Virus record (IMG/VR): IMGVR_UViG_3300028706_000433
Length of the DNA: 46,330 nucleotides
DNA from: a virus
Reading direction: 5' to 3' (one strand)
Shown here: positions 27,459 to 37,029 of the stretch, piece after piece
Layout: each line of letters starts with the position of its first letter
Position numbering within the stretch: position 1 is the stretch's first letter
Program-made: the position numbers and the translations under genes
The notes under the pieces: model-generated
What the model saw: the letters and a program-made list of their open reading frames with translations, nothing else
Database searches by the model: none
Told to the model about the DNA's origin: nothing

Positions 27459-28503
27459 TATTAATTGGGAAGAAAATTTACCAAAGTTGATACACGAATG
27501 GGGCCCTCTCCATACTGATCCTCCTTTACATCTTACAACTACACCTGATATTTTTTCTGGAGAAAATAATATATTAACTGATTCCGAATTAATTTTTAAG
27601 TGGCCACCAGTAAGTTCGGAGATTGATCCTGGTTCAATAACACATCCTAATACTGATGTGTTAGTTGAAAGAGGAAAAAAAGTATGTAGTGCATTTTTTG
27701 GGGAAAGTTTTACTTTTGGTGATAGTATGGCAACCACTATTAAATCGGTTGGAGAACAAAGATTTAGGTATGATAATTTTTCATATAGAATGAATAATAA
27801 TTTAGGTGGCCACTTTTCAAGATTATTAGATACAGATTATTTGTTAAAGGCAGTACCAGGACAATCTAATGTTGGTATTTTAATGGGATTAGAAAGTTCT
27901 ATTGAGTATTTATCAAACACATATGATAAAGTTTATGTAGTTGTACAATTAACCGAAACAGGCCGAGATTGGAAACACGAAACTGCTGATAGTGAAGAAT
28001 TAATAGGGTTACGAGGAAATTCATTTTATGATTATTTTGTAAATTATGAAAATTGGTTTAGTGATAAGTTAAATAAGTTACAAGAACAATATCCAAATTG
28101 TGAATTTATAGTATGGAGAAATTTTACTCGGTGGTTAGGTGGAGATTTTGGTAACATCAAAACGATTGATAAAGTTATGATTGAGTATTTTTATGAATTG
28201 ACTTTAAAATATGGTAGTGATAAGATAGTTAATTCACTTAAAAAGAAATATGGAGATACTTTACCTGTTAGTGTTGGTGGTAATCCACATTGGGAAGATA
28301 TATCTAAAAGTGGATTAGGTGGATTTTTTCATAAAGATACTGAAAGTATACAATGTATTTTAGATGAGTGTGACAAATGGGAGAAGGCAATGGATTGGAT
28401 GAAAGATAGTAATAATATTTTTGAAGATAGAGGAGCATATCATCCATCACTAATAGGACATAGAATATTTACAGAATATATAATAGGGAGTTTGAATTTA
28501 TGA
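27448..28503 (+). CDS. SGNH/GDSL-like protein
   Basis: FGESFTFGD, PGQSN, C-terminal YHPS..GH. Confidence 0.5.
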   Translation: MKYNINWEENLPKLIHEWGPLHTDPPLHLTTTPDIFSGENNILTDSELIFKWPPVSSEIDPGSITHPNTDVLVERGKKVCSAFFGESFTFGDSMATTIKSVGEQRFRYDNFSYRMNNNLGGHFSRLLDTDYLLKAVPGQSNVGILMGLESSIEYLSNTYDKVYVVVQLTETGRDWKHETADSEELIGLRGNSFYDYFVNYENWFSDKLNKLQEQYPNCEFIVWRNFTRWLGGDFGNIKTIDKVMIEYFYELTLKYGSDKIVNSLKKKYGDTLPVSVGGNPHWEDISKSGLGGFFHKDTESIQCILDECDKWEKAMDWMKDSNNIFEDRGAYHPSLIGHRIFTEYIIGSLNL

Positions 28504-29465
28504 GAATATTAATTACAGGTGGTGCAGGATATCTCGGATCAGTTATTGTTCCTTTATTATTAGATAAAGGACATAATGTAACCGTATATGATAATTTAAT
28601 GTATAATCAATTGACATTAACTGATTTATGTTATAAAAAGAATTTTAAATTTGTGTATGGTGATGTTAGAGATAATAAAAAATTGAAGAACTATATTGAT
28701 AAGTCTGATTGTATTATACCGTTGGCTGGAGTAGTTGGATTTCCTGCCTGTGAAAAGGATAAACAATTAGCAACTCAAATAAATTATTATCAAGTAACGG
28801 AAATTGTTGATAATATGTCTCCAGACCAATTACTATTATTTCCAAATACCAATAGTGGATATGGGAGTAGAACAGATGGAGAAGTTACAGAACAGGATAC
28901 GTTAACACCAATTTCACATTACGGACACACTAAATGTGATGCAGAAAATTATGTTAAATCATTTAGTAACGGAATTGTATTTAGATTAGCCACGGTATTT
29001 GGAGTATCACCTAAGATGAGATTGGATTTATTAGTAAATGAATTTGTGTATAAGGCACTAACTGATAAATATATTACAATATTTGAAAGAGAATTTATTC
29101 GTAATTATATTCATATTAGAGATGTGGCAAATGTATTTGATTTTATGATTGATAATTATGATGATTGTAGGGGAGAAATTTTTAATGTGGGGTTATCAGA
29201 TACGAATATTAATAAACAACAATTAGCAGAAAAAATTAAAGAATATATTCCAGATTTAACAATAACTTATTCGGATTATTATAAAGATCCAGATAAAAGG
29301 GATTATATTGTGAGTAATGAAAAAGTAGAAAAAACTGGATGGAAACCAGAATATTCTTTGGATGATGGAATTAAAGAATTGATAATGGCATATCAGATTA
29401 TTATCAATAATGATGTTAGTCATTTTAGAAATGGGTTTCCATTAACATATGGAGCATCATTATAA
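28500..29465 (+). CDS. NAD-dependent epimerase/dehydratase (extended SDR)
   Basis: ITGGAGYLG, HYGHTK (YxxxK), FRLATVFG, RNYIHIRD. Confidence 0.85.
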   Translation: MRILITGGAGYLGSVIVPLLLDKGHNVTVYDNLMYNQLTLTDLCYKKNFKFVYGDVRDNKKLKNYIDKSDCIIPLAGVVGFPACEKDKQLATQINYYQVTEIVDNMSPDQLLLFPNTNSGYGSRTDGEVTEQDTLTPISHYGHTKCDAENYVKSFSNGIVFRLATVFGVSPKMRLDLLVNEFVYKALTDKYITIFEREFIRNYIHIRDVANVFDFMIDNYDDCRGEIFNVGLSDTNINKQQLAEKIKEYIPDLTITYSDYYKDPDKRDYIVSNEKVEKTGWKPEYSLDDGIKELIMAYQIIINNDVSHFRNGFPLTYGASL

Positions 29466-30445
29466 TGTTTAAAGATAAAAAAGTAGTTATAACAGGTGGG
29501 AGTGGTTTTATAGCTACACATTACATAGAGGAATTATTATCAAGAGGAGCACAAGTAATAACTCATACACATAAGAATCCACTTAAAATTCAAGATGAGA
29601 GAATAGAAGTTGTTGATGATATAGATTTAGAAACTTTAGATGGTGCATTAAATTTGATAGTGGGTGCAGATTATGTTATTCATAGTGCAGGAAATATTTG
29701 TCATCCTGCTAGTGTTCCTACAGATTTTCAAGTTACACTTAATCAAATAAATGTTATTACAAATGTTTTGGATGCTAGTTATCAGGCAGGTATAGAAGGG
29801 TTTTTAGACCTAAATAGTTCAACTGGTTATCCCGATAGACGATATCCAATCACGGAAGATGAGTATTGGGATGATGAACCATATATTTCTTATTATGGTT
29901 ATGGGTGGATGAGAAGATATAGAGAAAAACTTATAGAACATACCTCACATCTAACAGATATGAAGATGGGGATTGCACGTGGAACAGCAATATTCGGGCC
30001 CCACGATAACTTTGATTTAAAAACTTGTCATGTAATTCCAGCACTCATTAAACGAGTGTTGATGGATGAAGATCCATTTGTAGTGTGGGGAAGTCCTGAT
30101 GTGGTTAGAGATTTTCTGTATGTAAAAGATGTTGTAAAGGGTGCTTTATTAGTATTAGAAAAAGGTGAATCTATGAGACCATATAATCTTGGTTATGGTT
30201 CAACAATCACCATAGGGGAAATAGTAGATACTATACTTAAAGTTACTGGTAAAACTCCTAAAGTTGAATGGGACAATTCTAAACCTACAACAATTCCTTT
30301 TAGGGCGTGTAGTACAGAGAGAATACAAAATGAACTTGGATTTAAACCCGAATATACTTTTGAGGAAGGTATAGAAGAAACAGTTGAGTGGTATTTGGCC
30401 AAATCGGGGTATTTGGCAAACATCGGTAAAAGTTTGGGATGGTAG
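29465..30445 (+). CDS. Fcl/WcaG-like SDR (epimerase/reductase) with YxxxR motif
   Basis: ITGGSGFI, YGWMR, FGPHDNFD..CHVIPAL, VWGSP..RDF. Confidence 0.78.
   Translation: MFKDKKVVITGGSGFIATHYIEELLSRGAQVITHTHKNPLKIQDERIEVVDDIDLETLDGALNLIVGADYVIHSAGNICHPASVPTDFQVTLNQINVITNVLDASYQAGIEGFLDLNSSTGYPDRRYPITEDEYWDDEPYISYYGYGWMRRYREKLIEHTSHLTDMKMGIARGTAIFGPHDNFDLKTCHVIPALIKRVLMDEDPFVVWGSPDVVRDFLYVKDVVKGALLVLEKGESMRPYNLGYGSTITIGEIVDTILKVTGKTPKVEWDNSKPTTIPFRACSTERIQNELGFKPEYTFEEGIEETVEWYLAKSGYLANIGKSLGW
30372..30394 (+). repeat. 23-nt direct repeat TAGAAGAAACAGTTGAGTGGTAT, copy 1 (3' end of SDR gene)
   Basis: Exact match to 31310-31332. Confidence 0.9.
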
Positions 30446-31224
30446 ATAGAAAACAAATATTAGATATGTGGAATCTAACTGGATTAATTAACTTACAACT
30501 TTTTTCTAAAGAGGAAGTTGCAGAATTGAGAAAAGAATCGTGGAGATTACTTAACGAAAGAGATCCAGATTGGGAAAAACACGGTATGGATGGACACCAA
30601 CCATATCAATATCCACATAAAGATTCTAAATTATTTGAGAGTGTGATGAAGGATAAAAGAATACTTGATGTGGTAGAGCTTTTAATTGGAAGTGATTTAA
30701 ATATTTCAAATTGTAAAGTTAATGGACACCAAACTTGGATGTATTTTAAACCACCAGGAGAACTTGGTAGAGATGTGCACCAAAACATATTTTATTCTCA
30801 TTCTGATTGGGGAGAAATAATTAATATTAGTTTAGCACTTAATGACTCAGATGAAGAAAATGGGTGTTTATATTATTATCCAGGTTCACATAAAGAAAAA
30901 ATATGTTATCCAATACCAGATGATTTAAAAGATGAAGAACGAATGAAAACAAATCCAAGTGGTTGGGAAAATGAACGAGGTAAACCGATATTTGTTCCTG
31001 GTACGTATGTGAATGGTGAGTGGGTGGATAAATATCCAAAAGTATACTTACCTGCAAAGGAAGGCACAGTAACATTTTTACATTCACACGTATTACATGG
31101 TTCAGATGATAATGTTTCTAAGGATAAGTGGAGAGGAGCATTTTTATCAGGATATGCTAAAAAGGGTGGAAACTTTTTTGCTGGTGCACATATGGAAAGA
31201 GAATTAATAGATGTTTATAATTAA
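30439..31224 (+). CDS. PhyH-family 2OG-Fe(II) dioxygenase, copy 1
   Basis: YFKPPG...HQN, ALNDSDEENGCL..YPGSH, FLHSHVLHGS..N.S...R. Confidence 0.82.
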   Translation: MVDRKQILDMWNLTGLINLQLFSKEEVAELRKESWRLLNERDPDWEKHGMDGHQPYQYPHKDSKLFESVMKDKRILDVVELLIGSDLNISNCKVNGHQTWMYFKPPGELGRDVHQNIFYSHSDWGEIINISLALNDSDEENGCLYYYPGSHKEKICYPIPDDLKDEERMKTNPSGWENERGKPIFVPGTYVNGEWVDKYPKVYLPAKEGTVTFLHSHVLHGSDDNVSKDKWRGAFLSGYAKKGGNFFAGAHMERELIDVYN

Positions 31225-31236
31225 AATGGAGTTAAA

Positions 31237-31356
31237 ATGATATATAAAAAAAGAGAGTGGGATAATTCACCCGTTCCGTCAAGTTGGACTAATAAGATAA
31301 TTGAGTGGTTAGAAGAAACAGTTGAGTGGTATGAGGAGAAATACTATGAAAAATAG
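31237..31356 (+). pseudogene. Chimeric 39-aa mini-ORF at a tandem-duplication junction
   Basis: MIYKKREWD resembles the start of the 32161 oxygenase (MINKKQEWD); LEETVEWY matches the end of the 29465 SDR (IEETVEWY). GGAG RBS retained; stop overlaps the next gene. Confidence 0.65.
31310..31332 (+). repeat. 23-nt direct repeat, copy 2
   Basis: Exact match to 30372-30394. Confidence 0.9.
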
Positions 31357-32149
31357 CGAACAGTTAATAAACACCTGGCAAGAAAATGGATTTATAAATT
31401 ATCCATTATTTACTCCAGAAGAAGTAGAAGAAATGAGAAGCGAATCTGTGAGATTACTCAACGAAAGGGATTCGGAGAAGAAAAAACGATTTGCTAATCA
31501 ATATAGATTTTATAGACACCCACATAAAGATTCAGAATTATTTTCAAAAATATTGAAAGATAAACGAATTGTTAGTATGATAGAAACTCTGATGGGGGAA
31601 GATTTGGATATTCCAGATTGTAAGATAGAGGCAACTCAAACTTGGATGTATTTTAAACCACCAGGAGAACTCGGTAGAGATGTGCATCATAATATATTTT
31701 ATTCTCATGCGAATTATGGAGAAGTAATTAATGTAAGTATTGCAATAGATGATGCAGATGAAGAAAATGGGTGTTTATATTGGTATCCTGGTTCACATAA
31801 AGATAGAATGGTATATCCTATTCCAGATTCATCACATACTGAATTTGCTTCAAGAGATGAAAAAAGAATTGCGGGAAATCCAGACGAACACCCAAATGAA
31901 CGAGGTAAACCTTTGTATGTTCCTGGTACTTGGGTTGATGGAGTATGGACAGACAAATGGCCAAAAATATATGTTCCAATAAAGGCTGGTTCAGTAACAC
32001 CATTAAATTCTCACGTATTACATGGTTCAGATGAGAATAAATCTAAAGATAGATGGAGAAGGTCTTTTTTAATACAATATCAAAAAATTGGTAATATACG
32101 AAGTGCTGGAACTCATATGAAAAGAGAATTTATAGATGTTTATAATTAA
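31346..32149 (+). CDS. PhyH-family 2OG-Fe(II) dioxygenase, copy 2 (tandem paralogue)
   Basis: TWMYFKPPGELGRDVH is identical to copy 1; HHN; HVLHGS. ATG 31346 with GAGGAG RBS preferred over TTG 31322. Confidence 0.82.
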   Translation: MKNSEQLINTWQENGFINYPLFTPEEVEEMRSESVRLLNERDSEKKKRFANQYRFYRHPHKDSELFSKILKDKRIVSMIETLMGEDLDIPDCKIEATQTWMYFKPPGELGRDVHHNIFYSHANYGEVINVSIAIDDADEENGCLYWYPGSHKDRMVYPIPDSSHTEFASRDEKRIAGNPDEHPNERGKPLYVPGTWVDGVWTDKWPKIYVPIKAGSVTPLNSHVLHGSDENKSKDRWRRSFLIQYQKIGNIRSAGTHMKREFIDVYN

Positions 32150-32160
32150 AGGAGATAACT

Positions 32161-32943
32161 ATGATTAATAAAAAACAAGAGTGGGATAAAAATAAAAAGG
32201 CAGGAGTTCCACATGCCGTTTTTGATAATTTTTTAGATGAAGAAACTTGTTTAAAAATATATGAGGAATGTATTAGTGCACCGAAAGGTGGATGGACAGT
32301 TTTCACACGGGCTGGTTCTCGTATGGAAGAGTTTAATGATTTAATCTCGTGTCCTACAGCACACCAAGTTACATATGACTTGATGCATTCGGGCGAGATG
32401 TTGTATGACTTAGAACAACTGACAGGTGTAGTAGGATTAATACCAGACCCACATTTAGTTGGTACTGGATTTTCTATATTTAGAAATGGAAGTAATCTTG
32501 GTTGTCATTATGATTTTAATTGGAATGATAGATTACGATTACACAGAACTTTAACATCACTTTTATTCATAACTCCAGATTGGAAAGATGAATGGGGTGG
32601 TCACCATCAAGTATGGGATAAGAATAAAGATGTTGATTCAAGTGCTAAACTGTTAGGTTCGGTAGCACCAACGTTTAATAGATTTGTTATTAAGGAAAAT
32701 ATGTGGTATGAAGAATCACAGCAAAAAGGAGATTGGCATTCAGTAAGTACTGTTAATTGTCCTGATGATGTTGAGGGTAGATGTGCAATAAGATTTTTTT
32801 ATTATCTTAGTTCAAGTGAGTATGATCCAAAAAATCTACCACATAGAAGTACTTATGCAAGTATGGAATACACACACCAAAAACTATATGAAGAAGAAGT
32901 TACTACTTCTCACTATGTAGGTGAAGGTGGAGAGGAGTACTAA
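32161..32943 (+). CDS. 2OG-Fe(II) oxygenase (prolyl-hydroxylase-like group)
   Basis: CHYD (HxD), DWKDEWGG, FNRFV, WHSV, R.AIRFFYY; AAGGAG RBS. Confidence 0.82.
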   Translation: MINKKQEWDKNKKAGVPHAVFDNFLDEETCLKIYEECISAPKGGWTVFTRAGSRMEEFNDLISCPTAHQVTYDLMHSGEMLYDLEQLTGVVGLIPDPHLVGTGFSIFRNGSNLGCHYDFNWNDRLRLHRTLTSLLFITPDWKDEWGGHHQVWDKNKDVDSSAKLLGSVAPTFNRFVIKENMWYEESQQKGDWHSVSTVNCPDDVEGRCAIRFFYYLSSSEYDPKNLPHRSTYASMEYTHQKLYEEEVTTSHYVGEGGEEY

Positions 32944-32945
32944 TT

Positions 32946-33833
32946 GTGAAGTATTTGATAACAGGAGGAGCAGGATATTTAGGACACCATTTGTGTGAAA
33001 AACTTTCTGGTCATGAATTGGTTGTAATTGATAAACTAATATATAATGTTAAAAGACGATGGGAAGATAATACTGTATTTATAGAAGATGATATAAAGAA
33101 TATAAAAGAATATGAAAAACATTTTGATGGGGTGGATGCAGTATTTCACTTAGCGGGCCCACGAATACAAGATATTAATTCGGATAAAGAAATAGAAGAT
33201 GGTTTAGAGGATTTAAAAGTATTACATGGTTTATGTCTTAAAAATAAAGTTAGAAAGTTTGTGTTTCCAAGTAGTTGTAGTGTTTATGGATTTAGGACTG
33301 GAGATATGAATGAACACGATAGTGTAGAGTTGATATCACATTATGCAGAATTAAAATATAAATCAGAATTATTTTTATATAATTTATATTCTGCTAATCC
33401 AGTTAGCCCAATAGTTGCACGACAGGCAACATTATTTGGAGTTAGTGATGTGGTAAGAAACGATTTAATGATAAATGAGTTTGTAAAGTGTGTTATGAAC
33501 AAAGAGAAATTTGAAATATATGGGAAAAATACTTGGAGACCAAATTTATATGTATCTGATTGTGCAGATATTTTGTTACAATTGTTAGATAAGGATTTTG
33601 AGGGAATAATAAATGTGGGTTGCGATGAATTAAATTTAACTAAACAGGATATAGTTGATGAAATATCAAAAACTTTAAATATAAATATTTCTGAATATGT
33701 TAGTTATGCCAATAATGAAGATACGAGAAGTTATAGAGCAGACTTTACTCATTTAGAAAATACTATTGATTTTGAATTTATAACATTGACGGAAGGTATA
33801 CAGAGGTTGTATGAATATAACAGAAAAATATAG
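32946..33833 (+). CDS. NAD-dependent epimerase/dehydratase (extended SDR)
   Basis: GTG start; LITGGAGYLG, SSCSVYG, HYAELK (YxxxK), RQATLFG. Confidence 0.82.
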   Translation: MKYLITGGAGYLGHHLCEKLSGHELVVIDKLIYNVKRRWEDNTVFIEDDIKNIKEYEKHFDGVDAVFHLAGPRIQDINSDKEIEDGLEDLKVLHGLCLKNKVRKFVFPSSCSVYGFRTGDMNEHDSVELISHYAELKYKSELFLYNLYSANPVSPIVARQATLFGVSDVVRNDLMINEFVKCVMNKEKFEIYGKNTWRPNLYVSDCADILLQLLDKDFEGIINVGCDELNLTKQDIVDEISKTLNINISEYVSYANNEDTRSYRADFTHLENTIDFEFITLTEGIQRLYEYNRKI

Positions 33834-34704
33834 AGGCGGGAACGCAATTCCAGATTTGGAAGTTGTAGAATTTTGGAAAGAATCGTTGAAGGATTTAACT
33901 GATGTGATTATCACAGACCATTATTCTTTCCCTAAAAATGGAAAGTTATTTACAGATAAATTTGATGAATATATTAAAGCATCAAAGTTAAATAATTTAA
34001 AAGGATTAGACACTTATGAACATAGGTCTTTTGTAGCAGGAACAAGTCAAACATTTGATAGTTTTTGGATGAGAAATCACGATAGAAGATTTAGATGTTT
34101 TAAAGGAGAATTCTTTTATCATAAAGCAAATTGGAAGAAGTTTCACACATGGTGTTATTTGGAAGATGAAGATATTCTACCTGATGATGCAGTTGTTATT
34201 AGTTTGCCATTTTCAGATTATGGTATGGAACATCCAAAGATGAGAGAAATATTAGATGAGTGTGAAAGATGGGGAGTACCTGTATTGATTGATTGTGCTT
34301 ATTATGTGATTGGAGAAGGAATAAACTTTGATTTCACAAAGTACGACTGCATTGAAGATATAACATTTAGTTTAAGTAAAGGTTTTCATCTTTCTAATAG
34401 AATACGAGGTGGTATAAGGTATACGAAAAAGTATTATGATGATAATATACATATTATGAATGAGTGGAATCAATACAGTCATTTATCCGCACATCTTGGT
34501 ACTAAATTGTTATCACACTTTCCTCCAGATTTTAGTGTGAACAAATATAAGAATAAACAACTTGAATTTTGTAAAGAGAATAATTTGAAACCAAGTGATT
34601 GTGTTATATTTGCTTTCGGTGGAGATGAATATAAAGAATTAAATAGAGGAACGGAAGTTAATCGTTTGTGTATATCATATCAGATTGGAGATAAATTAAA
34701 ATGA
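33811..34704 (+). CDS. PLP-dependent fold-type-I-like protein (aminotransferase-like)
   Basis: LIDCAY (Asp pairing with the pyridine N), FSLSKGF (Schiff-base Lys), RIRGG. Confidence 0.55.
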   Translation: MNITEKYRGGNAIPDLEVVEFWKESLKDLTDVIITDHYSFPKNGKLFTDKFDEYIKASKLNNLKGLDTYEHRSFVAGTSQTFDSFWMRNHDRRFRCFKGEFFYHKANWKKFHTWCYLEDEDILPDDAVVISLPFSDYGMEHPKMREILDECERWGVPVLIDCAYYVIGEGINFDFTKYDCIEDITFSLSKGFHLSNRIRGGIRYTKKYYDDNIHIMNEWNQYSHLSAHLGTKLLSHFPPDFSVNKYKNKQLEFCKENNLKPSDCVIFAFGGDEYKELNRGTEVNRLCISYQIGDKLK

Positions 34705-35948
34705 ATATAGGATTTATAGGATTGGGAAAACTTGGTTTACCATGTGCACTGGTAATAGAATCAAGGGGTCATAAAGTAGTAGGTTATGATCCTTCAGACC
34801 AAGTTAAAGAAATTATTGATACTAAAAAATTAAAGTATCAAGAAGTTAATGCACAAGGATTTTTAGATAAAAGTAAAATAGAAATAAAGAGTGTAGAAGA
34901 AGTAGTAAAACATTCAGAAATTATTTTTGTTCCAATACAAACACCACACGGTGAAAAGTTTGAAGGAACAACTAAAATACCAGATGAGAGAGAAGATTTT
35001 GATTACACTTATTTAAAACAAGGCCTTATGGATTTAGATGAGGAGTTAATAAAACAAAATAAGGAAATGGTAGTTATAGTGATTTCTACAGTTCTACCTG
35101 GAACAATTCGTAGAGAAATTTTACCAAATTTAAGTACTTATATTAAATTATGTTACAATCCATTCTTTATTGCTATGGGAACAACCATTGAAGATTTTTT
35201 AAGACCAGAAATTATTTTATTTGGTGTTGATGATAAAAAGGCCGCAGAAAAGGCAAAGAAATTTTATAGAACAATAAATCACGCTCCATTTTATGAAACA
35301 ACTATTGAGAATGCAGAATTGATTAAAGTTACTTATAACACTTATATTGGAACTAAGATAGCATTTGTAAATAACGTAATGGAAATGTGTGAACATTTAC
35401 CAAATACAAATGTAGATGATGTGATGAACGCCTTAAAAATGTGTGACGTTAGGATTATTTCAGATAAATACTTGAGTGGTGGTATGGGAGATGGTGGTGG
35501 TTGTCATCCACGAGATAATATAGCTTTGAGTTGGTTGAGTGATAAGTTGGGTGTGAGTTTTAATTGGTTTGATAATATAATGAAACAAAGAGAAGTTCAA
35601 ACTGAAATGTTTGCAGATTTGATAGAAGAACATTATGAAGATAAGAAAATTTGTATTCTTGGAAAGTCATTTAAACCTGAAACTAATCTCACGGTAGGAA
35701 GTCCAGCAATACTTTTAAAAAACATATTAGAAGATAGAGGACATGAGGTTTTTAACTGGGATCCTCACGTAGATGATTGGGATATAGTTTTAGATGAAAA
35801 ACCTTGTTGTTATTTTATAGGAACTAAACATCCAGAGTTTATAAGTTTCCCATATGAAAAGGGTTCGGTGATTATTGACCCTTGGAGATATATTTCAGAT
35901 ATAGATGGTTGTACAGTTATTCGATATGGTGATAATATAAATGATTGA
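34701..35948 (+). CDS. UDP-glucose/GDP-mannose dehydrogenase family protein
   Basis: IGLGKLG, VPIQTP, STVLPG, YNPFF, AELIKVTYN, GGGCHPRD (catalytic Cys), LGKSFKPET. Confidence 0.9.
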   Translation: MNIGFIGLGKLGLPCALVIESRGHKVVGYDPSDQVKEIIDTKKLKYQEVNAQGFLDKSKIEIKSVEEVVKHSEIIFVPIQTPHGEKFEGTTKIPDEREDFDYTYLKQGLMDLDEELIKQNKEMVVIVISTVLPGTIRREILPNLSTYIKLCYNPFFIAMGTTIEDFLRPEIILFGVDDKKAAEKAKKFYRTINHAPFYETTIENAELIKVTYNTYIGTKIAFVNNVMEMCEHLPNTNVDDVMNALKMCDVRIISDKYLSGGMGDGGGCHPRDNIALSWLSDKLGVSFNWFDNIMKQREVQTEMFADLIEEHYEDKKICILGKSFKPETNLTVGSPAILLKNILEDRGHEVFNWDPHVDDWDIVLDEKPCCYFIGTKHPEFISFPYEKGSVIIDPWRYISDIDGCTVIRYGDNIND

Positions 35949-37029
35949 CCAATTACACCCACAACGACTTGCTTATAATGAAGTTAATTGGGTTACTGGT
36001 AAGTTAAACGTAGTTTTTGAAAAGGTATGTAAAAATTCTATATTTCTTGTAAATGGGGGTGGATTTCAAGAATATGATATAGATTATTATAAAAGTTTAA
36101 TAGATGGTGGTTATGTTAAAGATAATGATTTATGGATATTTTGGATGAAAACTGAATCACATGCACCAAATGAAATTAGAGAATTACATACAGTATGTGA
36201 AGAATTGAAATTAGATGAAAGTAAGGTTGTTTTTATTAATGGTGATTTAGATTTAGATAAAAATTATGATACAAAATTTAATTGTATTGGGTTTCCTTGG
36301 TATTTTTTACATGATAAAGAAAATTTGATAAAAAATATAGGATATAATCCATATAAATTTGTAAAATATGAGGATAGAGAAGTATTACCAAGTAAAAAAT
36401 TTATAAATTTAAATGGAAATCATACTAAACCAAGAGAATATATTTTAGATAAGTTGGAGAGATTCAAAAATCTTGGATATATTAGTGATTTATCAAAAGG
36501 AATTACTTTAGATGTATCTTTAACTCAAAAAGAACTTTTAGAAAATTTGGCAGGTGGGAACGCTCGTTTTTTAGACCCCAATAAAAATGTATTGGATTTT
36601 TTTCATAATGATTCTTATTTTAGTATCGTACAAGAATCTAGTGGTGGGTGGGAAGCATTTGACCAAGATAAAATAAGTGCATATTTTACTGAAAAATTCA
36701 CTAAACCATTATATTATGGTCAACCGTTTATTCTAATTGGTTTTAAAAATTCTTTGAAGTTTTTAAACGAGATGGGATTCAAAACTTATAATGATATATT
36801 TGATGAATCTTACGATGAAATGGAAACTTGGGAAGAAAGAACAAGGGCAGTTTGGAAAGAAATAGAAAGAGTGTTGACTTTACCAGATAAAGAATTTTAT
36901 GAAAAATTAGATAAAGTGCAAGAAAAGGTTATTTATAATCAGAAGAGATTTTTTGCATATGATGGATATGTAGATGACCTTATAACTAAATTGATGAAAC
37001 TCTATGAAAAAACAAGTATATCTGTTTGA
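35941..37029 (+). CDS. Uncharacterised GT-B-like family protein, copy 5
   Basis: YFSIVQES...YFTEKFTKPLYYGQPFILIG...GFKTY..IFDESYD. Shares YEDREVLPSKKF with copy 4 (YKDREVLPTKKF). Confidence 0.55.
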   Translation: MIDQLHPQRLAYNEVNWVTGKLNVVFEKVCKNSIFLVNGGGFQEYDIDYYKSLIDGGYVKDNDLWIFWMKTESHAPNEIRELHTVCEELKLDESKVVFINGDLDLDKNYDTKFNCIGFPWYFLHDKENLIKNIGYNPYKFVKYEDREVLPSKKFINLNGNHTKPREYILDKLERFKNLGYISDLSKGITLDVSLTQKELLENLAGGNARFLDPNKNVLDFFHNDSYFSIVQESSGGWEAFDQDKISAYFTEKFTKPLYYGQPFILIGFKNSLKFLNEMGFKTYNDIFDESYDEMETWEERTRAVWKEIERVLTLPDKEFYEKLDKVQEKVIYNQKRFFAYDGYVDDLITKLMKLYEKTSISV

